NCBI GenBank assembly: GCA_964016885.1 | Contig: OZ024745.1 | Coordinates: 39,556,001-39,620,000 of the forward strand | Direction: 5' to 3' | Source of the DNA: Eledone cirrhosa | Taxonomy: Eukaryota | DNA: 64,000 bases | Part shown: positions 52,963 through 64,000 of the stretch, piece after piece | How positions within the stretch are numbered: the stretch's first letter is position 1 | How the letters are laid out: each line of letters opens with the position of its first letter | Translations under genes and position numbers: made by a program | The notes under the pieces: generated by a model | Seen by the model: only the letters and a program-made list of their open reading frames with translations | The model's database searches: none | What the model was told of the DNA's origin: nothing

Positions 52963-55052
52963 CACTTTAATACATTAATACACTTACATCTAACTATACA
53001 CATCAAACATATGTATATATTTACTTATTTATATACATTTTCACATATATATACATACTTATGGACGTTTTTAGACACATTCATTATCGCATATTTGTAC
53101 CTATTCTCATCAGCATATCTTTCCATTATTAGTATGGTAATTTAAGGTTATTAATATATGTTGAGAAGAGATTGTTTTTATATTTTTCTAACTAGATTAA
53201 GGTTTATATAGTTGGGGGATGTCCCTCTTTTATGTAATATTCGGCTTGTAGTGGGAAAAAAGGGTTTTAGTTTTGTGACGGCAGAATAATGTTCGTTCAA
53301 TTCTGTTATTCAGCAGTTTCTTCTTGTGTGTGATTATGTAATAAATCTCAAGATTACACAATTTGCAGAAATGTTGGCTCCTGGAAAAGCTTTGGGTTTT
53401 AGCTAATTTTTCCCATTTTAGGGTAAACTTTTGGTCGCTATCCCTGAGCGTCCAAGCTTTTTCTGCTAAAGTTGTTACATTTCTTTGGCTCTGGTGTTTT
53501 ATTGAGTAAGAATGCCTATACAATCGAAATTTAAACGATGTTGCCGTTGATCCCACGTAATACCACTCGTTGCCTCCGGATTTAATGGTACACTTATAAA
53601 TAATATTTTTTTCCAGGCAGTTATTGCCGAGGGGGCAGTTGTCAGGATAGGTGCAGTTACAGTTGTGTACGTTGGGTTTTCTCTGGAGTAGTATTGCGGA
53701 CGAACTTAGGTGTGGTTTATTTATGTTCTGTAGTGTATTGTCTACTGTTTTTTTTGTGTTCTTTGTACTTAAGTTCTTAGTGTTTTCGTTTAACCTTCTA
53801 GTATTGATCTTTTTTATGTGTTGTTCAAGGTTTAACGCTGTAGAGTATGACAGTCTTATAGTGGTAGGGTTTAGGATTTTGTGGTATTTGTGTGATGTGG
53901 GAAAATGTCTTTTAATTATTTTAAAGAAGAGTACTGGTAAATTTGTACTAATGGAGCTATTGTATTCGGGGTTATACCATAAGTACTCTTTGCATCGCTT
54001 TCTATTAGTTTTGTTTGTTGGTTTACTGGTGTGCATACTATGGTAGTAAGTGTGGTTTGGTGTTGTGTTATTATATCTACCTATATGGGATTTATTTTGG
54101 GTGTTTTGATTGTTCCCATCTATGTACTCTATTTTGTTGAGGTAGCCTGCTTTACTAAGGGCGTTATCGTAGTACTCGGCGTGTTCCTTAAATACTTGTA
54201 TGTTAGAAGATAGACCCGAGATTCTAAGGGAAATATTTTTAGGGATAGATTTAATTATAGAGATGGGGTGGTTAGACCCAACATTTACGTATTTGAGATT
54301 TTCATTCAATTTATGAAACGGTTTAATCAAACTAGAGTTTAAATTGAGTGTGACATCCAGGAAGTTAACTACTTTAAGGTTGTATTCATATGTTATAGTT
54401 AGTCCTATTTCGAGTAGTAGTTTTCTTATATCTTTGCGTAGTTTTTCTAGTTTTTGGTTATTAAGGTTTTTAGCTAGGAGGAGAACATCGTCGCGGTATA
54501 TTCCGCCGTGGAGATTGCTGAATTTTTCCTGGAGTCTAAAGGCGATAAATAACCCCACAATATCAGTTATTTCCGCCGAATCGTTAGAGCCCATTGTTAT
54601 GTCAAAGTTAGAGGGTCTATCTTTACGTACCCAATAACTGTTCTCAAATTTGACTATAGTTTTCCTAGCTTCTAATATAATCTTAATTTCATCGTTTGTA
54701 AGGTCAGAGTTATCCTTAGCAAACTTAATGGCTCTATTCAAAGTTTCAGGTGATATCGATGAGTAATATTCATCGATATCAAACTGGATAAACTTAGATT
54801 TATTCTTATTGCTAATGCTATTAAACCATCTTATTGCTTCTTGGGTCTTCCCCCAGAGTTTAATGTTAACCTTAGCCTTAATTTGGGGGATGATTCTATC
54901 TAAGATATATTTGCTTATTTTACCTATATCTGATTTAGAGGGGCAGATTAATCTAATTTTAGGGTCATTATCAAAGTTTACCTTGTGGTCCTTAAGATTG
55001 AAGGTGGGTACCGCCGGTAAGAGTGGTCCTGTCCTATCTTCGATTCCGAGAT
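52037..55052 (-). mobile_element. Penelope-like retroelement (Naiad-like), 5'-truncated, with HHR core in the 3' region (52250-52305)
   Basis: ORF below; minus CTGATGA-AATG..CATT-GAAA-TATT G AATG-TC about 210 bp from the (TA)n-bounded 3' end; 3' boundary inferred. Confidence 0.8.
53230..55052 (-). CDS. Penelope-like reverse transcriptase plus GIY-YIG endonuclease, uninterrupted ~607 codons, N-terminus missing
   Basis: NLKDHK, FIQFDI..YYSSI, TMGSNDSAE, GIYRDD, VNFLDVTLNL, SNHP, LWYNP, CNC..CP...C, IIY..YVG, CKLC, LLN, CRH; the listed ORF start (55152) runs in from microsatellite sequence. Confidence 0.93.
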
Positions 55053-56348
55053 TTATATATATATATACACACACACACATGTATATCTGAATATATGTAT
55101 ATATATAAAGGTCATGTACATGTTCCGCAAGATTCATGTTGTGTGAAATCATGTTTGAAACAGATGTTTTATTTGGGGATTGTCATATTGACAATTTTGC
55201 CATCAGAGATACATGCATCATGCAATTTTTATTTCATCCCTATTGTTCATTATTCATTGTATATATTTTTTCCATCACGCATTATGCATCCTCTTCAAAG
55301 ATTATATTTGTTGCGTCTTAAACTTCTACCCCGTCTTCTCCGTGCTTGTTTTGTGATGCGGATTTTGTTTTATGTCTCTTGATGCGCTTGGGTATGCGTC
55401 TCTAAGTGTGTGTACGCGTGTGTATGTACGCCTGTTTGTGATTGCCACCTCTATGTCAATTTTATGTGTGTGTGGATTTGTATTGTTTTCTGTTTTGCTG
55501 TTAGGGACTCTTTATATTTGTGTCTTTATTCTATCTCCACTTATTTAATTGCAGTCTCTTACCCGCCCATACTATTCTTTTCTGTTCATGCTAGCACTAT
55601 CTTATAATATGTATGATTTGGCATTAAGTGCCAGCAATGACTGAAGGCGGGATAATGGCACAAACAACATAAAGCACACTTATGACAAACACAACACGTG
55701 CAGGAACAGTCGTAGACGAAAATTTAAGGACTTACACGAAACACAAAATACGCACCACAAAAAGAAAAAAGACAGGAGGGATTAGAATTTTAAAACCAGG
55801 AAAAATAGGGGGCACCAAAGTGATAACCATTGAAGAGGTCATAGTATGCGGGACGAATTTCTTTTTTTAATAATCAAATGAATAACAAACAATAAATAAA
55901 GTTAAAATGAAAATGATATGGTGCGTATGATTATTTCTATTAGCAATATTGGCAACATGATCACCCCCAAATATAACAATGTATATTATATGCATGTACA
56001 ATATCGGAGAGTAGAGTAAATGAAATGCATAAACAATGTCGACAATCCCGTAAGCATTCAATAAAGGTGTAATTGTTGATTGCTGAAAATAGTAGCATAG
56101 AATATTCATTAGAATACACTTACACTTACACACTATCAAATGATGCGATATCTATGTGTCATAAAACACAAATAAAAATTGATTTAAGTATATGTAGGTT
56201 TAATGTGTTTTTTCGCAACCAGATGTTTCTGGCTTCAGTCTCTCTCGGTGATACCTTGGTATATTGTCTTTTGCTATCACTCATAGTATAACAAATATTT
56301 GTGTGTGGGATTATGTAAATGTTGTAGTCATAAAATGCAGAAAATGAT

Positions 56349-56389
<41 letters not shown>

Positions 56390-56611
56390 GGAATTACAGC
56401 ATATTGAAGCTAGAGCCGCAGCTAAGCCAACGAATGCAATCAGAAGTGCAGCCAAGTACTCGATAAGGTATAAAACATTAGAGTAATAACATACCGTGTA
56501 AAGGGCTTTGCAAATTAAAGATAGCAACCTGTAATTCAGCCGCGGGGACCGTAGCAACGAAAGTACTGACTTACGAGAAAAAATACACACAGACACACAC
56601 ATATATATATA

Positions 56612-56725
<114 letters not shown>

Positions 56726-56919
56726 TTTCAACAATGTTAGTTTTCCGTGTGTCATAATTCTCGATTATCATTGGTTCATAGGTTTCAAACGACTCCGCCC
56801 ACCTCAACAACGCCAAACTTAGATTAATATGCATAATGCCAATGAGGGAGTGAGATGGGAGAGTAAGAAACAGAGAGGAAAGTGAACGCTGATACAATTA
56901 ACATGTGTGCGTGTGTATG

Positions 56920-57530
56920 TACGTGCGCCTATGTTTATGTGTGTGTGCGTGCGTGCAGCGTTCCACAGAAAGTAAAAGCAATTCGACTTTATCAAACAGT
57001 GAACTACAGCGGTGACGGCGTGCAGCCAGGAATGAAGAAAACGGGCCGAATAGCGCCATCGGAACGCCGAACTTCAGAGGTGAAGACATGCCGCCATGAA
57101 TGAAGAGGAGCTGGCTGAACAAAGCCAACGAAACACTGGAGCCAAGCAGCGACAACGTGCTTCGATGGTTGAAGACGAACAGGCTGAGCATCATCTTTTA
57201 TATTAATTATCTATATCTATATCTACATATAATATAAAAGATTGGAACTTCCATCATCCTTTTGAGAAACGTGGAACAACGACGTCTATGCAATGATACA
57301 CGCTTTACAGTCAAGCAGAAGATGAACCATCTGATAGAGGTCACTATTCTAGGTGAGAGCACCTAGGATTGTTCATATACTATGCACAAACGGTACAACG
57401 AAGAATCTGTTATATCTGGAAGACTGTTTTACACCACGGACTCGCCTCATACTGTAACGAGACAAACATCCAATACAGACATCTTCTCTTTTACCTGTTT
57501 ACCCGGGCGAAGTTGGGTACGTTAGCTCGT
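56920..57530 (+). mobile_element. Helitron remnant with Pif1-like helicase fragment (57238-57360) and 3' hairpin
   Basis: KIGTSIILLRNVEQRRLCNDTRFTVKQKMNHLIEVTIL matches the Helitron helicase motif LLRN...LCNGTR; ACCCGGGCGAAGTTGGGT then CTCG|T (decayed CTAG); left boundary uncertain. Confidence 0.7.
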
Positions 57531-57664
57531 ATATATATATATATATTTGTTTTAATAAATATATATATATATATATGCAAAGTTTTATTTAAATTGTTGG
57601 GTTAACAACGAGTAAATATTTATAACTGATATAAAAGCACTCAACAAGTATTTGGAGTATATTT

Positions 57665-58128
57665 ACGATATTAAATAAATGGAAACTATATTTATAAAAC
57701 CATATTTATTTCATTATATATATTTCAGGGATATCATATTAAAAATATGCTCTCTCCTCTAATATAAACCTATGAATTTTAAACTAGACATATGATCATT
57801 ATTTTTCACACATTATTGATACGTGTCTCATTCATGAATACTGATATTTACATTATAGTGCCTGTTTTATACGAATTGGTATTTTTTACATTGATGAAAC
57901 ATAGTGTTTTAAATCTGCCTCGTTTTTGTCTGGATATTTTTCTTTTCTTTTCTCTCTATGTAACGGCTCTTTTCTCTCTTAACCATATATATCTCTCTCT
58001 ACATTAATACTAGAGCTAAATAAATAAATAAATAAATATATCATTGATACGTCATTCAACTGGTGCACAACTACCTATTTTCTTTCTCTCTATCTCTATC
58101 TATATCTATCTCTCTATATTTTCTCTCT

Positions 58129-58196
<68 letters not shown>

Positions 58197-58585
58197 CTTC
58201 TCTCTCCCTCTCTCTCTCTCTATCTATCTCCCTCCGTGTTTTTCCTCTCTCTATATATCTCTCTCTGTTTCTTTACATGAATTTCTTCTCTCTATATATC
58301 TCTCTATATCTATCTCTCTCTATTTAGTTGCATGCATTTCTTCTTTTTCTTCGTTTTTCTTTCTTTCTTTTTATAACTGTCCCTAATATTTTTTCCACTA
58401 CCAAATCAACTTTTCAAATAGAAGTCGAAGTTGAAAGGTATGTCGAATCTATCTATTTATAAGACTGTTTATATTGTATTTTGTCTGAAGAAGGCATAAC
58501 ATATTTTTAATATGATATCCCTGAAATATATATAATGAAATAAATATGGTTTTATAAATATAGTTTCCATTTATTTAATATCGTA
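57665..58585. mobile_element. Element with ~85-bp inverted ends (57665-57749 and 58499-58585), related to the 11460-11565 family
   Basis: Arms are reverse complements; shared tail GAAATATATATAAT.AAATAAATATGGTTTTATA. Confidence 0.75.
58477..58542 (+). ncRNA. Type I hammerhead ribozyme motif
   Basis: TATTTTGT-CTGAAGA-AGG..CCT-GAAA-TATATA-TA-ATGAAATA; 8-bp stem I with two GU pairs. Confidence 0.78.
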
Positions 58586-58867
58586 TATATATATATATTT
58601 ATTAAATAACAGATTAAAGTTTAAGCAGAGAATCGCTTCTTTCACCCTTAACATGGATCTTCCGAAAGCAGAGATTCTTTGCTTAAACTGTAATCTGTTA
58701 TTTTAATAAATATTTGCTCTACGGTTCTTATATATTTGATATATATTTATCCTTATCGAGCCCTCTTTGGATTTTAGTCTTCAAATTTTTATTATAACTA
58801 TATATATATATATATAAAATAATTAAGTCAAATATTTACTCCGGAGTAATCAACCAACATATCCTCA

Positions 58868-58935
<68 letters not shown>

Positions 58936-61900
58936 ATATATGTGTGTGTGTGTGTGTATATATGCATGTGTGCGTGTGTGTGTATTTGTTTATGAAAATA
59001 ATAGGGTTCTTATATATTTGATATATATATTTATCCTTATCAAGCCCTCTTTGGATTTTAGTCTTCACATTTATTACTATATATATATATATTATTTCTG
59101 TCATTATATTGTATTTTTACTTTCCAACATCCCTCCTTAGAACTCACCTTACTACCTCTCGGAGTTCCTGTTCTACCCCATCCGAACTTTCCTGATGAAA
59201 GATATATATTACCGCGATGTTGAAATCCCCTCCACTTCCACCAAACGTAAGCCTAATATAACACTGTACAATTGCCTCCAGTGTTTTCATCTTTCACTCT
59301 CAACTATACATGAGTGTGCACGCCAGTGCGACTCCGTGACTGGCTGTGCCTGTGTATACGTCCCTTAACCTAGAATTTCGACGAAATGTAATCGATAGAA
59401 TAAGTTCAAGACTTGAAAAACTAAGTTCTGTGGCTCATATGGCCGCATGCTAAGGCTTGGAAATAGTAAATTATTAAAATAATCAAGAATATATTTACGA
59501 AACAATAACGTGATTCTCTCCATCGATGTCGGGAAACACTACGATTATTATTGTGCCTGTACAGCGTTTGTCTCTCCTTGTTTAATAAATCTAATGTGAC
59601 CTTATAAACACTTAACGAATGTAATCCTACTAGAGTGTATTTCTTGTAGAATGTAAACATCTATTGGCAAGTGTTTCAATTCAACCAAGTGATAAATTTC
59701 TATCAAATAGTTAATAAGTTATTTCACAACAAATAAAATGAGAAGTATTTCACTTACAAATCGCTTAATTACTCGGAAATTATCTTTCATGTATTAAAAA
59801 AAAGAAATGTGGAATATCAAACGCTGGTGCAAGAGAGACACATTTGAAAACTATCAAGGTGTAAATAACATAAAGTTGCTGTAGAAACATAAAAGTTTGA
59901 CACCAAAAGCCTTGTGGTATTTAGTTACTTCCTTTTAAGTTTCCAAGTCTAATTTCACCCTTTGATATTTTATTTCCCCCAGGGCCTAATGTTTCGAGCG
60001 ATTTTTTTCAAAATTAACTACATTTTCCTTCAGATGCTTTATATCATTTAGCCTGTAAAAACGAAAGGCAAAACTGACATCGGAAGAATTTGAACTCTGA
60101 ATCTAAAGGATCGAAATCCTCTTGCAAATAATACTATACAAGATTAATTAATTTAAATTGTAGTAATTATTGATAATATTCAAAGAAGAAAGGTCATCTG
60201 AGCCATTGCTGTAAACTCTTGATTAAATATTTACAAATCAAGTGGATGTGTTCGCTATTTATTATGGCAGATTGCTGTATAGGATGTTTGTTTTGTGTTT
60301 AATAGAAAGAAAGATATGATATACGTGAGCAAGACTCTAATGTAAGTCACATTAAAATGTTATTGATATTTATTAATTGAACATAGCTGAAGTATATTTA
60401 GAATATAAGAGGTGTTTTACATTTTTACGAAAGAGGCTTGGTGAGTTTTAATAAAGACTATCAAGATTTTAGATGTGTTAGGTTCACAATATCATCCGGT
60501 CACCAATTCTCCAAATAGCAGAAAGACTGGTGATGGTCTAGCGACATGTCCTGGGATGTGTGAGATAGATACACGAAGGATTTGTGAGCAAATATCAACT
60601 GGCAACTGAGAAGTTACAGACCAAATAAGTAAAGAACCAGAATTAATGGATGATATCAAAGGTTATTGGCTAGATATAACCATATATCCCTCAACGAATA
60701 CCCTTTCCTCTTGATGGCAGAAAGAACTCAACACATTATTTTGCAACTGATTCGAAAATACCGAATTAAACAGCCGCCATATTGTTACACTGTTATTAGT
60801 TTATTAGAAAATTCCTCTAAAGTTGAATGCAAGTGCACCTGCATACCCAGACTTCATCCTTCAGACACTGATCCCGGATGGAGGAGCAGTATCGTCGGTA
60901 GTGGGAAAACTGCCAGAAGATACATGTCTTTCGTTTGTCTTATCATTTTCCAAAAACTTTATTATGGTATCCCTTTCAAAAAGTTATTTTTAGTTTTGCC
61001 TTTGTTTCGCTCATTGTCCTCTCGGTTTATTTTCCTAATTCTATTATCATAAACTGTGACCAAATTGTTCTTTCTTCTCCCCAACAGATATATATTTTTT
61101 AATACGATATGTTAATTGATGCTTCTTGCCTTTTTCCTATCTTTTTTCTTTCTTTACCTCCCTTTATTAAAGCGACTTCGTTATAAAAATCACAATAAAA
61201 ATCACAATACCTTCTCCTAATCATAACCTAAAATTCAATCTGTATCTGTTATGGTTTAATTGATAGAAATGTTTGTTCTGTATAGTCTGTTACTCTGCGG
61301 ACAGAGCATTGACCTGTGTCAGATGATGTGTCCCCGGCTGGAACAGCAGTACCGTCGTTAGGGGTCGAAACTGCCAGAAAGTGCATCTCAACGGTTGAAG
61401 ACCTTGGAGATATATACCGTTGTTTGTCTTTTATTTTATAAATACATAAGTTTAATGTTTCCCCTTCAAAATACTTTTTTGCGATTTGCCTTGTTTTTGC
61501 TCATTGTATACGCTTTGTATATTTTCCTAATTTTATATAAATTACCTGTATATGTATTGCAAATAATAGACAATAGTAGCACGGACATCCATGTTAAAGC
61601 GAGTGGCATGAGAAAGAACTGCAATACTTCTCAGCAACGAAAATAATTCACTTACCAACAGGCTTACCTTCAAATAATTGCGTGTTGCTTGAATGACAAT
61701 TAAACTTTGATGATGTCAGGATATGTTATTGGCGTTGTTTAACATACCCATATCGAACGAATTGCTCCTGAGTTTTATTGTCTTCTATGCCAGTAATAAT
61801 TCCAACTCGCATTGTAGGAATCAGTTTTTATATTTACGTTTTAATATATTTGCAATTTCGTAAATGCCATAACGTAACTGGTATTTCATACAATTGGGTT

Positions 61901-63869
61901 TCGTTTTCACTGCCCCACTTCTTATGTGTTGAGATTTACAGCCTTTGGTACTAAAATAAATTATTGCGCCTGTTCACCGAACCAATTGTGTCCCTTCCAC
62001 TGAATGTTTCTTTCCAAATTGATATCTTGATTGTCAAACACTATAGGCATCAAACCTCAACGCGAAAACCTTATGTATGTCAATACATTGCCAGTCATTG
62101 CATTTGTATGGTTAAAACCATTTTATAAAAGTCTTCGTTTGAATCTTAAAGAGAAACACTGAAGTTTAGAAAAGCAGATTTGAAATTATACCGGCAAATG
62201 TAATTGTCTTGCTTGAATTTAATCAGTTTCCTTGGTATCAGATAGTATAGAGTATCTCTATTATATAATAGCTTTTAACCACATTGTCTAAATCTTCATT
62301 GCGTTTTCACAAATCAACAAATGTTATTAAAAGCATTTAAAATATCGAAGTTTGAAAGGCATGTAATATCAAATTACAAGAGCTTTCTCGGTAGTCAACT
62401 GTAAATAATAACGAAAATCAATTCACTTGTTGTGTCTGTGGTGCTCATTTTAAATCCCATTGATTTTAATTTACTATTATTGATAGCGATCTAGATACAT
62501 ACATTTTTAAAATGTCCGCATGTGTACGTGTACGCACATACATAAATATTTACATACATACATATATACATACATACATACGTACATACGTACGTATATA
62601 CATACATACAACCATGCTTCCATGCATACTAACATACATAAATACATGCATATATTGATTTCGAGGAGCAGCATTAATCTGTTCTATCAAATGATTATCC
62701 AATTCGAGAATGAACCTGTAAATGGTTGCATGGTCCACAGCCAAGTGCAACCTCAAATTAAATCCCAGCACAAATCAAATTGACAGATTATATGACTGGT
62801 CCCGTCCTCTGCATTATAGGCAGCATTCTTCTGAAGGTTTCAGATCATGCTCTGTGTCCTCAACTTCATTCAAAGTACTTGTGATGTGAAACTTCCTCTA
62901 TGATAAAGACATTTGCTCATGTTATATTACAACATTTGTATAAAGGCAAAATAAGTCAGTAAACTTGTGGGAAAGATTTGGAGATTGAAATCGCACAAAA
63001 AATAAATTGTGCAATGTTTTAGTGTGGATTGACCGGAGGAAAATATTTGTTATTCTAAAGAAAATATTTGTTAAAATAACACGTGTGCGATAGCTAAATT
63101 ATTTAATTTATTTAATCTGATCTGTTTGGCATTACCAAAATAATAACTCTTACATGCAGATGTGGTGACATTTGGAAATAAATCCAGACCTTAGATTATT
63201 ACGGCAAATGTTGATTCTATACAAGTTATGTATTCTTCAGCGAAATATAAGATTCATTTAAAATATTGTAGAATTGTTTAGTCGAGCGAACATCAGAGTC
63301 ATATTCGTTAACAAACGCGGAACACCGTGTCCTGTATAAATGTGGTTGTATTCATCTTGCCTCAAATCAGCTTATATCCAAAAAATGTAATGTTTCTTAA
63401 TCAGCCTATTGTATTCCCACTCATTCTGTATTAGAAATAACCCTAATAAACTTAGTTTCTATCACACAATATATGGTCTATAACATTGGTTTAGAAGAGT
63501 TGAAATCTGCTTCAAATATCATAATTGCATTTAATGTCATTATGTCTGTACAAGCAATCTAATACACGAAGGCGAGATAAAAAACACCACTTCAGAATTA
63601 GCAAAAAATTGTGAATGTCTTTTAACCGTATAGTGGGTGTTACCCTGTTATATATTTATACAGCACAAATCCATACATAAACTAATGAAAATGCACTTGA
63701 TCTCAACTTCTTTATTTACCTCTAGGTTATTTGTATCTGTCACCCAAAAGTTAAACATGCAAATATTTGTTTACGAATTAACCTATTTACCAAATAGTGT
63801 ACGACAGTTCTAAAGGATTCGTAAGATGAAATAACAGTAAATCTGTAATTCAGAGCTGTTTCATTTATA

Positions 63870-63927
63870 TAAAGTACCAGTAATACACTGGGAAAATGCT
63901 GGCCTTGTGCCTAACGTAGAAACAATT
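63870..63927 (+). mobile_element. SINE 3' fragment
   Basis: TAAAGTACCAGTAATACACTGGG..TGCTGGCCTTGTGCC..GTAGAAACAATTA. Confidence 0.8.
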
Positions 63928-64000
63928 ATATAAAATATCAATAACAGAAACATTAATACATGTGTGAGTGTATGCGTGTGTGTGTGAGGGAAAGAGAGCG

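Overview
AT-rich, microsatellite-laden animal genomic DNA. The SINE family and repeat style suggest an octopus or other coleoid cephalopod (inference). No host gene can be established; one candidate first coding exon lies at 31149-31200. The window holds four Penelope-like retroelements (RT with an RDD motif plus a C-terminal GIY-YIG endonuclease; Naiad-like), tRNA-derived SINEs, Helitron and LINE remnants, and a tRNA-Glu/U2 snRNA chimeric retrocopy. The main signal is about ten non-coding repeat families, mostly unrelated in sequence, each carrying a minimal type I hammerhead ribozyme (HHR) motif and nearly all inserted in (TA)n. Three families form ~440-470 bp tandem units with an octamer motif upstream of the HHR (retrozyme-like). 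Most copies are fold-back palindromes whose inversion point lies in or next to the ribozyme. The best example is a young 1.5 kb palindrome of a 467-bp unit with three perfect HHRs (18534-20040). All RNA structures were folded by eye and are untested.
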